A stretch of 64,000 bases of DNA from Candidatus Cloacimonadales bacterium (GTDB lineage Bacteria > Cloacimonadota > Cloacimonadia > Cloacimonadales > JAIOQZ01): positions 864,001 to 928,000 of the forward strand of contig OY762463.1 in the NCBI GenBank assembly GCA_963665815.1. Direction: 5' to 3'. Positions 18,219 to 28,327 of this stretch are shown here, piece by piece. The position numbers and the translations under genes are program-made. The notes beneath the pieces are model-generated. The model had not been told where the DNA came from. It did not search any database and saw nothing but the letters and a program-made list of their open reading frames with translations. Numbering within the stretch: the first letter of the stretch is position 1; the number at the start of each line of letters is the position of its first letter.

Positions 18219-20573
18219 ATGGAAAAGAATAATAGAATTATCAGAAATATTATTTTAGTATATATCTTAATGAGTTGTGGATTAATGTTTGCGTCTGATA
18301 GTCTTATCACTAAAATCAATGATAAGACATTGGATGATATCTCGCGTTTGAGATTCATTAATCAATATATTGAGAAAGTATACAGATCAGACCCTGTAGA
18401 AGCATTAAAATACGTAGAGATTGCCATTCCTATATGCAAAAGGAACAATCTTCCTGAGTTTGAAGCGAAGATACTCGGAACTGTAGGAGTAGGTTATATC
18501 AGACATGAAATGTTTGATAAAGCACTGGACTTGATTACCCGTTCACTGGAAATCTCAGAATCCTGCAATGATACGCTGGGAGTAGCCTACAGTTATCAGG
18601 ATCTCGCAGAAATTCATATTAAACTGAAGAATCCTGACAAAGCTAAGGAATTTTTGCATAATTCCATAGAACTTTGGGAAAAACTTAATGATCCTGTGAA
18701 TCTGTCTATTTCTCACAGTAGAATGGCTAAAGTACATGCAGGTCTTAATGAACCTTTGAAAGCTCTGGAGTACTTCAAATCAGCGTTGAAATATGCAAAA
18801 CTAACTAAAAACGATGACAAGATTGGAAGAGCTCTGAATAATTTAGGCGCATTTTACAGACACGCCAAGGATTTTGAGACTGCTTTAAAGTTTTATAATG
18901 AAGCTCTTATATACAGACAAAAAACAGGAAATCCATATACAATTGGGTTTATGTTGAACAATATTGGTGATATTTACTATCAGGTTGGAAAGTATAACAA
19001 GGCTGAAGAATCTGTCCGAAAAGCTCTTGTTTATGCAGAACAAAGCGGAGTTGAACAACTCGTTACTACATCATACCAATATCTGGCTACAATTCTGGAA
19101 GCAAGACGGAAGTATAAGGAAGCTTTAACCTATTATAGAAAATATGTGGGGTACAGAGACAGTTTGTTCAACGAACAGGTAAGTCAGAAAATTGTAGATA
19201 TTCAAGTAAATCATGAAAAAGATAAAAAAAATCGTGAGATTGAAACACTGAAGAAAATCAATAATCTTACACTTCAGAAAACAAGGCTAACCAGAAATCT
19301 TATTGGTGCAGGTGGACTTTTTGTACTCATGATCGCATTGGCACTGTTCTTGCGACATAGAAACATTGTAAAACTTAATAGAGTACTCGATGAAAGCAAA
19401 AGGAAGTTCCAGGATATGTTTATAAAACACAGCGCTGTTATGATTCTGATAGAGCCGCATACGGGAGATATAAAAGGCTGTAACAATTCTGCAATTGAAT
19501 ATTATGGATATTCTGAAGATGAGCTGAATAAAGCAAATCTAACTGATATCTCTGCAATTGATTATGATGAACTAATAGGTAGAATAAGCATAATAGAATG
19601 TAATACTGTGCTTAAAATGCGTCACAGAATGCATGATTCAACCATGAAAGATGTAGAAATGTACATAACCCCAATGGTTCTTGAAGGTAATAAACTGCTT
19701 TATGCAATTGTTCAGGATGTTACTGAGAGAAACCAGTATCAGGCTAATCTTCATCACCTCAATAAGACTCTGGAAGAAAGAGTTGCGGAAGAAATTCAGA
19801 TAAGAAGACAGCAGGAAGAGAAGGCTATTGAACAGTCCAAGCTTGCTGCTCTTGGTCAATTAGCCGCAGGTATAGCCCATGAGATCAATCAACCATTGCA
19901 AAGCTTGTCATTCACTCTTGATAATTTGTTCGATATATTGAGAGATGAGGATATTAAAAGCCCATACTTCAGTAAGAAATCAAAATATCTGTATGAGGAT
20001 ATTGCCAGAATCAGAACCATAATTGATCATATAAGGGTTTTTTCCAGAAATCAATCGGAAGAAGCAATTGAGATGTTTGATGTAAACATAAGTATTGAAA
20101 ACGCATTACGTATGGTGAGTCAGCAATGTTTTAATAAGGGCATCAGAATAGTTGATACTTTATCAAAGCAATTACCTGAAGTATCAGGTAACACCTACAA
20201 ACTTGAGCAGGTCATACTGAATATTCTTGCAAATGCAAGAGATGCAATTCTTGAGAAAGCAAATACATACTGTACTGATTTCGAGATGATGATAAGAATA
20301 TCATCTTACATGAATGATAAATGCGTGCAGATTGCCATTGAGGACACCGGAACCGGACTTGATGAAGAAGTTAAAAAAAGCATATTCCTACCTTTCTTTA
20401 CAACAAAGGAACCCGGTGAAGGAACCGGACTGGGAATGTCAATCTCATATGGAATAATAAAGGATATGCAGGGAGAAATTGAAATAAGCAGTGAACCGGG
20501 TAAGGGAACTAAAATGATTATTTCACTGCCGGTTGTAGAAGGAGAACATATTGAAAATACTTGTAATAGATGA
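18219..20573 (+). CDS. Membrane histidine kinase with extracytoplasmic TPR and cytoplasmic PAS domain
   Basis: N-terminal hydrophobic segment, TPR repeats, TM (LIGAGGLFVLMIALALFL), PAS, IAHEINQP and FFTTKEPGEGTGLG motifs. Confidence 0.93.
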   Translation: MEKNNRIIRNIILVYILMSCGLMFASDSLITKINDKTLDDISRLRFINQYIEKVYRSDPVEALKYVEIAIPICKRNNLPEFEAKILGTVGVGYIRHEMFDKALDLITRSLEISESCNDTLGVAYSYQDLAEIHIKLKNPDKAKEFLHNSIELWEKLNDPVNLSISHSRMAKVHAGLNEPLKALEYFKSALKYAKLTKNDDKIGRALNNLGAFYRHAKDFETALKFYNEALIYRQKTGNPYTIGFMLNNIGDIYYQVGKYNKAEESVRKALVYAEQSGVEQLVTTSYQYLATILEARRKYKEALTYYRKYVGYRDSLFNEQVSQKIVDIQVNHEKDKKNREIETLKKINNLTLQKTRLTRNLIGAGGLFVLMIALALFLRHRNIVKLNRVLDESKRKFQDMFIKHSAVMILIEPHTGDIKGCNNSAIEYYGYSEDELNKANLTDISAIDYDELIGRISIIECNTVLKMRHRMHDSTMKDVEMYITPMVLEGNKLLYAIVQDVTERNQYQANLHHLNKTLEERVAEEIQIRRQQEEKAIEQSKLAALGQLAAGIAHEINQPLQSLSFTLDNLFDILRDEDIKSPYFSKKSKYLYEDIARIRTIIDHIRVFSRNQSEEAIEMFDVNISIENALRMVSQQCFNKGIRIVDTLSKQLPEVSGNTYKLEQVILNILANARDAILEKANTYCTDFEMMIRISSYMNDKCVQIAIEDTGTGLDEEVKKSIFLPFFTTKEPGEGTGLGMSISYGIIKDMQGEIEISSEPGKGTKMIISLPVVEGEHIENTCNR

Positions 20574-21912
20574 TGAAATAAGAGTATGTGAAGAACTCGA
20601 AGAATACCTTAACAGAAAAAACTATTATGTAAAAACAGCTCATAGACCTTCTCTTGCATTTAATATACTTGATGAAGAAGACTTTGATATTGTAATACTT
20701 GATATCAAAATGCCGGAACTCAGCGGACTTGAAGTTTTAAAGATAATCAAGGGCAAATTCCCTGCAATAGAGGTAATAATGATCTCCGGTCATGGTGATA
20801 TGGATGTAGTAATTGAAGCTATGCAGTCCGGAGCTATTGATTTTCTGAAAAAACCATTCAGGATATTTGAGATACAGATTGCAATCCAGAGAACCAGGAA
20901 ATTCGTTGAACAGCAAAAAAGACTTAATCTTCTTGAGGATAGTAAGTCTTTGTTATCAGGAGAACTGGAAGAGATGACCGGTAAAGAACTGGTTGGAAGC
21001 AGTGAAGCAATCAGGAATACATTGTCTCAAGCTCTTAAAGCAGCTGAGTTTCCTGATGTTAACGTGCTTATAACAGGAGAAAGTGGTACCGGGAAAGAGA
21101 TATTCGCAAGAATTATCCATTACGCAAGCCCCAGAGCATCCCAGAAAGTTTTTTCTGTAAACTGTTCAGCTATCCCTGAATCTCTTATGGAGAGTCAGTT
21201 TTTCGGTCATGAGAAAGGTGCATTTACAGGAGCAGTAACATCAAAAAAAGGTTTTTTTGAATTAGCTGATCGTGGTTCACTTTTTCTGGATGAAATCGCT
21301 GAAATGCCTCTAAATCTGCAGTCAAAATTACTGAGGACACTTGAGGAAAAAAGTATAACAAAAGTTGGTAGTTCTAAAGAGACTCATGTAGATGTAAGAG
21401 TCATATCGGCAACACATTGTAATGTGGAGAACATGATAGCAGATAAGACTTTCAGACTCGATCTTTACCACAGACTTAATGTTATAAAAATACATATACC
21501 CCCATTACGTGAAAGAACAGAAGACATAGAGCCATTAGTGAATCATTTCGTACATAATTTTGCCAGAAAAACCGGTAAAAATATTCCCGATATTCCCTAC
21601 AGATTCATTGAAGATCTGAAACAATACTCCTTTCCGGGGAATGTACGAGAATTAAAAAATCTTGTTGAGAGAACGATGATCTTATGCGAGGGTAAAAGCC
21701 TTTCACCGGAATTGATCCCTGTTAGCAAAGAAATTACTGTAAAGGATGATAATTCTTTAAGGAGAAAGAGTTTCAATCTGGATGAGAATGAGAGACAGTT
21801 GATTACTGAAGTTCTTGAAGAAACTTCAGGTAACCAGAGCAAGGCTGCTGCTCTGCTCGGAATCTCAAGACATTCACTAATAAGAAGACTCAGTAAATAT
21901 GATATTAAATAG
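20551..21912 (+). CDS. NtrC-family sigma54-dependent response regulator
   Basis: Receiver, GESGTGKE, GAFTGA, FPGNVREL and Fis-type HTH. Confidence 0.96.
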   Translation: MKILVIDDEIRVCEELEEYLNRKNYYVKTAHRPSLAFNILDEEDFDIVILDIKMPELSGLEVLKIIKGKFPAIEVIMISGHGDMDVVIEAMQSGAIDFLKKPFRIFEIQIAIQRTRKFVEQQKRLNLLEDSKSLLSGELEEMTGKELVGSSEAIRNTLSQALKAAEFPDVNVLITGESGTGKEIFARIIHYASPRASQKVFSVNCSAIPESLMESQFFGHEKGAFTGAVTSKKGFFELADRGSLFLDEIAEMPLNLQSKLLRTLEEKSITKVGSSKETHVDVRVISATHCNVENMIADKTFRLDLYHRLNVIKIHIPPLRERTEDIEPLVNHFVHNFARKTGKNIPDIPYRFIEDLKQYSFPGNVRELKNLVERTMILCEGKSLSPELIPVSKEITVKDDNSLRRKSFNLDENERQLITEVLEETSGNQSKAAALLGISRHSLIRRLSKYDIK

Positions 21913-21943
21913 ACAAATTGATACTTGTATCAAAAAAGCACAC

Positions 21944-21972
21944 TGTGCGATTATGCTACAATATTCCGCACA
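21944..21972. promoter_or_regulatory. Possible enhancer (UAS) inverted repeat
   Basis: TGTGCG-N17-CGCACA about 70-100 bp upstream of the sigma54 motif. Confidence 0.35.
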
Positions 21973-22042
21973 ATCATTACAGTATTGTCGAGTTATATCA
22001 GCAAAATGACAATAATTCAAAAGAAAAATACTTAATTTTGAA

Positions 22043-22058
22043 TGGCACGGTTCTTGTT
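22043..22058 (+). promoter_or_regulatory. Sigma54 -24/-12 promoter
   Basis: TGGCACGGTTCTTGTT (GG-N10-GT) directly downstream of an NtrC-family gene. Confidence 0.65.
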
Positions 22059-22104
22059 ATATTAAAGACCGTTAATTAAAAAAAATCATAGAATGGAGTA
22101 CAAA

Positions 22105-24954
22105 ATGAAGAAATTTATTTTATTGTTATTATTAACATCATTAGCAATCACTTCAGTATCTGCGTTGAAAATTTTCGGCGACAGACTTACTAATGAACAA
22201 TTTGGTAATAGCGTTGCAAGTGATGGAAATTGGGCTGTAACAGGCGCAAAATTCTGGTATGGAGGAGATCCAAATTATTCCGGAGCAATTTATATTTACA
22301 AAAGAACTTCCCCCGAATGGAATACAGACTGGCTCAGGTATGACAGAATTCAGCCTGCCAACAGTTCAACATGGGGACACGCAGGATTTGATGTAGATAT
22401 TAAAGGTAGTTACATCATCACTGGTGGAGACTATGCGGCAAAAGCAAGTATCTTTAAACTTGTCGGAGACAACTGGAATAATGAAATAGTCTTAGCTAAT
22501 CCCTCAAGTGATAATTATTTCGGAAGATCAGTAGATCTTGCAACCAATTACGCAATTGTCGGAGCAAATGATCATACATTTGCTTCACATGCAGGAACAG
22601 CCTATATTTACTCAAAGAACGAGGGTGGAGCTGATAACTGGGGTTATATCAAACAGCTTGTTGCATCAGATGTTTCGAGTAATGATTACTTTGGCACTTC
22701 TGTAGCTATCGATGGTAATATTGCCGTTGTTGGAGCTTACGGAAGAGATGGAGTTTATGTATACAGAAGAGATGAAGGTGGAGCAAATAACTGGGGAGAA
22801 TCTCAGATACTTGTTGGTAGTGACACTGTTCCCGGAGATGACTTCGGATATGATGTTGATCTTGATGGAATATGGCTTACTGTCGGTTCAAAGGATTCGT
22901 ATGAATTCTATATTTTTAAAGATGTTAATGGAACTTTCGTTGAGCATGCACATTTTAACACACCGGCTGCAGGTGCTTCAGTTGCGATTGATGCTCCATA
23001 TTGCATTGTTGGTGGATCACCTACACATACAACACAAAAAGCATACCTTTACAAACTTGATCTTAATTCAGATTCATGGAATTTACTGGAAGAAGTACAG
23101 AGACCTGTTGAGTCTGCTACATGGTCAGCAGATGTTGAAGTTTCAGGTAATCAAATCTTCATTACAGATGATCAGCAGGAATTAAATACACTTAATTCAG
23201 GAACAGAAGGTGCATGTTACATTTTTGGTGCTGAAGCTGATTATGAAGGTAAACCTCATGGAACTTTCACTATTGAAAACTATGAAGCAGGACCTGTTCT
23301 TGCAAACTGGATGTACAGTGAAGCAAACATGCCTTATGTTCATAATGCAAATGATATTTATAACGTATATGCTTATGAGACACTTCAATGGAATGAAACA
23401 GAAGGTGCTGGAAGATATCTTACAGAAGCACATCTGCACAGAGAAGATGCAGCTGTTTTTGATGGGTTAAATCCCGATCTTCTTGATATGTCAATGGACA
23501 GCTTCAGTTTATCAGGATATAGAAAATTCAATACAGAGAGTAATTTCTTAACCTGGGATGACTGGGGAACTCCAGCAGCAGGTGATAATAGATTCTATGA
23601 TGGTGGAAACGGCTCAATAACATATGATGGGCAAAACAAACTTGTATGGAGTAATATGAGAATTAACTTCACGACTCCTTATCCATTCAAACAAACAATA
23701 AGTGGAAATAGAGTTGGAACAGGTGGAGCAATTGTCGGTGATGGTCAGGCTGATCTTGACGTTGCAAACTGTGATCCTGCCTGGTTAGCTGAATTTGACC
23801 CTGACGGAACCGGTCAATTAAGATTTGTGTTCGATTCATTCTCTCCCGTACATCAGAGTGCATATGGATACTATAATTTTGATGTTACTATTACACCTGT
23901 ACTGGTTCCGATAACTTACAGCAGAGATGATGTACCAGTTGAAGGTGATGGTGTTAATCATCCTGTCTCAATGGATGACGAAGGTGTAGATTTCTTCTTC
24001 CAGGATATCTATTTTGGAACAGGTGACGGTAATGACTTAATCTGTGAACTATTCAGAGAAGCACCAAATGGAAACGTACCGGATGGAATTAATTCAATGC
24101 CTGACAGATACTGGCACTTTGGTACAACTTTTGATAGTTTCCTTGCAAGCATATATTTTGATATCAGTCAATTACCAAGTCCGGGAGACATGGCAAACCT
24201 GAGAATATATCGCAGAATTGATGAAGATTCTGACTGGGAAGAATGGGCAGATGTATCAATCGAGGATCAGGTTACACTGAGAGCAGACAATGTAAACGGT
24301 TTCAGTGACTGGATGGTAGCCTCCACTGAAGATGGAACACTTCCTGTTGAACTTTCTTCATTTAATGCAATTCAGACAAAGTCTAACTTTGCTGAGATTC
24401 AGTGGATCACTCAATCAGAATCAGATAATCAGGGATTCAATATATACAAGAGTGAAAGCGATTTATATTATGAATCACAAAAAATAAATGCAGGTGTTAT
24501 CAGTGGTCATAATTCCAGTACTCAGTCAGAGTACAGTTTCACTGATATCGATGTAAACTTTGAAAGAACTTACTACTACTGGCTGGAAAGTGTTTCCCTT
24601 GACGGAAACTCAAAAACTTACGGTCCTGTATCAGTAACAATTAAGAGAGAAGATTCCGACGTTCCTGATGTACAGTACGTAACAGAATTGTCGTCAATCT
24701 ATCCAAATCCATTCAATCCAAAGACAAACATCAGTTACAGTATTGAGGAATCAGGAATGGTACAACTGGATGTCTTCAATCTTAAAGGTCAAAAAGTGAA
24801 AACTCTGGTAAGCTCTGTTGTTGACGCCGGTGAACATGTTGTAACCTGGAAAGGTGATACAGATTCCGGTAAAAGTGCGGCAACAGGCATGTATTTCGTA
24901 AGAATGAATACGAAAAATTTCAGGGAAACAAGAAAGATACTCATGATTAAATAA
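22105..24954 (+). CDS. Secreted FG-GAP beta-propeller protein with FlgD-Ig/T9SS-like C-terminal domain
   Basis: Signal peptide; repeats FGNSVA, FGRSVD, FGTSVA and FGYDVD; LPVELSSF and YPNPFNP tail. Confidence 0.9.
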   Translation: MKKFILLLLLTSLAITSVSALKIFGDRLTNEQFGNSVASDGNWAVTGAKFWYGGDPNYSGAIYIYKRTSPEWNTDWLRYDRIQPANSSTWGHAGFDVDIKGSYIITGGDYAAKASIFKLVGDNWNNEIVLANPSSDNYFGRSVDLATNYAIVGANDHTFASHAGTAYIYSKNEGGADNWGYIKQLVASDVSSNDYFGTSVAIDGNIAVVGAYGRDGVYVYRRDEGGANNWGESQILVGSDTVPGDDFGYDVDLDGIWLTVGSKDSYEFYIFKDVNGTFVEHAHFNTPAAGASVAIDAPYCIVGGSPTHTTQKAYLYKLDLNSDSWNLLEEVQRPVESATWSADVEVSGNQIFITDDQQELNTLNSGTEGACYIFGAEADYEGKPHGTFTIENYEAGPVLANWMYSEANMPYVHNANDIYNVYAYETLQWNETEGAGRYLTEAHLHREDAAVFDGLNPDLLDMSMDSFSLSGYRKFNTESNFLTWDDWGTPAAGDNRFYDGGNGSITYDGQNKLVWSNMRINFTTPYPFKQTISGNRVGTGGAIVGDGQADLDVANCDPAWLAEFDPDGTGQLRFVFDSFSPVHQSAYGYYNFDVTITPVLVPITYSRDDVPVEGDGVNHPVSMDDEGVDFFFQDIYFGTGDGNDLICELFREAPNGNVPDGINSMPDRYWHFGTTFDSFLASIYFDISQLPSPGDMANLRIYRRIDEDSDWEEWADVSIEDQVTLRADNVNGFSDWMVASTEDGTLPVELSSFNAIQTKSNFAEIQWITQSESDNQGFNIYKSESDLYYESQKINAGVISGHNSSTQSEYSFTDIDVNFERTYYYWLESVSLDGNSKTYGPVSVTIKREDSDVPDVQYVTELSSIYPNPFNPKTNISYSIEESGMVQLDVFNLKGQKVKTLVSSVVDAGEHVVTWKGDTDSGKSAATGMYFVRMNTKNFRETRKILMIK

Positions 24955-25019
24955 CATAGTATCATCATGTACAGATTTCAAGAATCACATTTTTGAAATT
25001 TGTTGATATATGATGTCAC

Positions 25020-25053
25020 AAAAGCAGGAGTCCGGTCAACTCCTGCTTTTTTT
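25020..25053 (+). terminator. Intrinsic terminator
   Basis: AAAAGCAGGAGT-loop-ACTCCTGCTTTTTTT. Confidence 0.85.
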
Positions 25054-25192
25054 ATGCGTGCTCAGAAAAAAAAACTTGCAGAAAAAGTGGCTTTACACAT
25101 TACTTCAGCATTATTTCTTTATTACAATAAACTATCTTGACTAAATCGTTAATTGACTAACTTTTCAACATTTTAACTCTGAAGGAGTACCT

Positions 25193-26434
25193 ATGAAAAC
25201 TTGTTTCAAACATCTTATGTTACTTTTGTTTGTGTTTACTTCAACCTTAATTTTCGCTGAAGAATTTTTAATTGATTTCGGTGCTCAGTACACTCACTCT
25301 GGTCCATGGAACACGATTGATGGAACCTCAACAATTTATAATAATTTGATTGATAATGATACAGAAACAGCTACTTCAGCATTTCTTACATTGTCAGAAG
25401 TTTTGGAAGGGTTTGGTAATGAAAGTAACTATTCATCAGGTGATATGCACTGGTTTCATGAAGAAATATGTGATGATATGCTTTATTATGATGGAGGTCA
25501 ACCACAAATAATTACTATTTCAGGTCTTGTAGAAAGCTCATATCAAGTTGAGATTATCAGTCTTTCAAGTCTGGGAGTTCTATCAGGAACATATGAAGTT
25601 AATTCCACTTATGCTCAACGTTCATTCAATACGAGCCCGAATCCAGACTGTAGTCTTGACTGGGACTCATATAATGATGGTTATATGACTACAGACTGGA
25701 TGATATGGGATGATGTAGCACCAGTTGGTGGTGTTATAACAATTGATGCAATCAGTTCCGGTATAAATCCTTTAATGCTGATAAATGCTATCAGAATAAA
25801 CTATAATGACGGTTCTCTCCCAGTCGAACTTTCATCTTTTAATGCTATGCAGAATGAATCAGATTTTGCAGAAATCCAGTGGATTACACAATCTGAAACT
25901 GAGCAGGCAGGATTCAATATCCTTAAAAGTAGCTCCCAAAACAATGATGAAGCTATGATAGTTAACAGCAGTATTATTGCTGCAGCCAACACTGCAACCG
26001 GAAGTGAATATTCTTTTACAGATATAGATGTTGATTTTGATGAAACATACTACTATTGGCTTGAGAGTGTTTCACTGGATAATAATGTAAAACTTTACGG
26101 TCCGGTTTCAATTACAATTGAAAGAGACAAGGAAGATGATACACCTGATGCAGAATATTCAGATATGATCTCTGCAATTTACCCTAATCCATTCAATCCT
26201 GAAACAAACATCGATTTCAGTATTAAATCAACAGGTAATGTGACACTGGAAGTCTATAATCTTAAAGGTCAGGTAGTGAAAACTCTAATTAATAGTGAAG
26301 TCGAAGCCGGAGAGCATAGTATTACCTGGCACGGTGACACAGATTCCGGTGCTAATGCTGCAACGGGAGTTTATTTTATTAAGCTGCAGACAAATGAGTA
26401 TCAACAGACTAAAAAAGTTATGATGATTAAATAA
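25193..26434 (+). CDS. Secreted acidic protein with FlgD-Ig/T9SS-like C-terminal domain
   Basis: Signal peptide; C-terminal half paralogous to the preceding gene (LPVELSSF, YPNPFNP). Confidence 0.88.
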   Translation: MKTCFKHLMLLLFVFTSTLIFAEEFLIDFGAQYTHSGPWNTIDGTSTIYNNLIDNDTETATSAFLTLSEVLEGFGNESNYSSGDMHWFHEEICDDMLYYDGGQPQIITISGLVESSYQVEIISLSSLGVLSGTYEVNSTYAQRSFNTSPNPDCSLDWDSYNDGYMTTDWMIWDDVAPVGGVITIDAISSGINPLMLINAIRINYNDGSLPVELSSFNAMQNESDFAEIQWITQSETEQAGFNILKSSSQNNDEAMIVNSSIIAAANTATGSEYSFTDIDVDFDETYYYWLESVSLDNNVKLYGPVSITIERDKEDDTPDAEYSDMISAIYPNPFNPETNIDFSIKSTGNVTLEVYNLKGQVVKTLINSEVEAGEHSITWHGDTDSGANAATGVYFIKLQTNEYQQTKKVMMIK

Positions 26435-26459
26435 TTATAAAAATTTACACGCACTTTTT

Positions 26460-26490
26460 AAGCAGGAATCAGCTTGATTCCTGCTTTTTT
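26460..26490 (+). terminator. Intrinsic terminator between convergent genes
   Basis: AAGCAGGAATCA-GCT-TGATTCCTGCTTTTTT. Confidence 0.85.
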
Positions 26491-26503
26491 ATTTTATAAT
26501 TTA

Positions 26504-27067
26504 CTAAAGTGTTGCTCCAAATTCTTCGTACTTCTTCAATAATTCAGGTTTATCACATTTTCCACTCATTCCGGTGAAATCACCTTCATGAATTACTGCT
26601 ACTTTTTCCATTCCCCAGAACTGCTTGCCCAGCCATTTTTCCAGATAGTCAGAGACTTCCTTGAATACTTCAGTTGGAGCACCGGAAGTAACAACAGTAA
26701 TAAATTTCTTTCCGGGGATGTCTCTCATGCTGAAATCCTTCATTACAAATGTATAAAAACGATCCAGCATAGTTTTGAACTTACCGGTAACCTGTCCCAT
26801 ATAGACAGGTGAGGAAAATATAACAAGGTCAGCATCACGTATTGCAGGCAGAAGCGTATTTTTGAAATCATCGTCAAAGATGCAGTCTTTTTCCAAGTGC
26901 ACTTCATTAGAGTTCTCGCAAGCCACACAGTGTTTAATATCCATGTCATATAGCTGCATGTCTTTGCAGGTATGATTGTTCTTTTCTGCTCCTCTCATAA
27001 TCGCTTTTGCAATATTGTGGGTGTTTCCTTTGGGGTTCGGACTTCCGTTTATAGCCAGTATTTTCAT
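26504..27067 (-). CDS. Flavodoxin-like NADPH-dependent FMN reductase / iron-sulfur flavoprotein
   Basis: INGSPNPKGNT, CVAC and SSPVY motifs. Confidence 0.88.
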   Translation of the reverse strand: MKILAINGSPNPKGNTHNIAKAIMRGAEKNNHTCKDMQLYDMDIKHCVACENSNEVHLEKDCIFDDDFKNTLLPAIRDADLVIFSSPVYMGQVTGKFKTMLDRFYTFVMKDFSMRDIPGKKFITVVTSGAPTEVFKEVSDYLEKWLGKQFWGMEKVAVIHEGDFTGMSGKCDKPELLKKYEEFGATL

Positions 27068-27158
27068 AGTTTCACTCCGGTATTAGATTAGTAAGTTAGC
27101 ATAGTTTCAAGTGGAATATTGAGAGATATTCAGTGTTTTGTCAAATGAAATCGTTTCG

Positions 27159-27623
27159 TTATCTCTTAATACTTTCTGTTATATTTGGTTCTGAAACAGA
27201 TTGAGTTGCATCATTATACAAATGAGAGGCATCAATAAAATTATAGTTTTCATCAATCTCATCAAGCACTTTATTAGCAAAATCTTTTGGATTGACATGA
27301 AATTTACCATCATCAATAACAATATCTGAAACATTCCAATTGATTACTCCCTGTTCTTTAAAAACTGCATTATGGAACAAACCGTTTCGGAATTGTGACC
27401 AGAAATCTCTAGCTTTTTTTTTCTGTTTGAGCTCAAACATATTAAACAAATACTTCACAGCTTCATTAGTTATATCATCATTGTCTTTGATATTAAATTT
27501 ATCCCTTAAGTACCGTTCAAGTATCGGAAATGTTGCTATCAGAATAATGAAACCATTATGATTACTCTTGCACAATTCTCTAATTGGGTCGTAGTACCAA
27601 CGTTTGAAATCCTCTTTTGTCAT
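27159..27623 (-). CDS. Hypothetical protein with HEPN-like R-x4-H motif
   Basis: Predicted helical N-terminus with LERY, then FRNGLFHN; AGGAG RBS. Confidence 0.6.
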   Translation of the reverse strand: MTKEDFKRWYYDPIRELCKSNHNGFIILIATFPILERYLRDKFNIKDNDDITNEAVKYLFNMFELKQKKKARDFWSQFRNGLFHNAVFKEQGVINWNVSDIVIDDGKFHVNPKDFANKVLDEIDENYNFIDASHLYNDATQSVSEPNITESIKR

Positions 27624-27633
27624 TTTCTAACTC

Positions 27634-27930
27634 CTATATCCTACTCCAGCCCCTTATTCTATCGAACTCTTCAGAACTGATAATGTACGGCTTTTCTCCC
27701 GGCTTACGTACAACTATTATACTATAGCTTCGCTCTTCCCCACACCAGACACCTCCATTGTCTATGTTATACTTCTTTGTGAGTTCCGAATCAAAAGCAT
27801 AATTCCCATTTTTCATAGTATAAACAAAAGATGGACAATACTCCTGATAAATATCGCTTTCATCTATTTGCTGTCTTCACCATCTGACTCCAACTATCTC
27901 CTTAGTTCCATCTCCGTCAAGATCAATATC
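27634..27930 (-). pseudogene. Truncated gene remnant
   Basis: Frame of the 60-aa ORF extends upstream through TGA (27877-79) to DIDLDGDGTKEI, then TAA at 27931-33. Confidence 0.55.
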
Positions 27931-28134
27931 TTATGCCCTTTTTAACCCCCTCATTCATTATAATTTCCAGTTTATCATCTTTATCAATAGCAATCAGAAA
28001 CATTAGTGAAGTCCCACCATCATAAACATGTTCTTCAAATGAAAAAAGCAATATTATTGAAATAAGTTATTTTTTTGTTTGATAAAAAAACTTTGTTTTT
28101 GATTGATTGTTCGCCAGATATCCTTATAATATCT

Positions 28135-28288
28135 GTGAGCTCTGCATAATTGTAAAATCAAGCAGCTTTGGTTAAAAAGTATTGATGATATTTTAATACA
28201 TAAATAAAAATTCTTGGGAAGCTTGTTCTGAGTCAAAATTTGATGATTTCTAAAATCGAGTCACCTAACCCAATTATGCAAAGGTCCC
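28135..28288. mobile_element. MITE-like element, 154 bp
   Basis: Imperfect TIRs GTGAGCTCTGCATAA / TTATGCAAAGGTCCC, flanked by TATCT on both sides; alignable along its length with 34033..34187. Confidence 0.75.
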
Positions 28289-28327
28289 TATCTGTATCAG
28301 TAATTATTAGAAGCATAGGAAAACAAA

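Noticed and set aside
27877-27879. In-frame TGA as selenocysteine or recoding
   Set aside because: A TAA lies 18 codons further upstream, there is no start or evident SECIS, and TGA is used as a normal stop elsewhere in the window; decay is the simpler explanation
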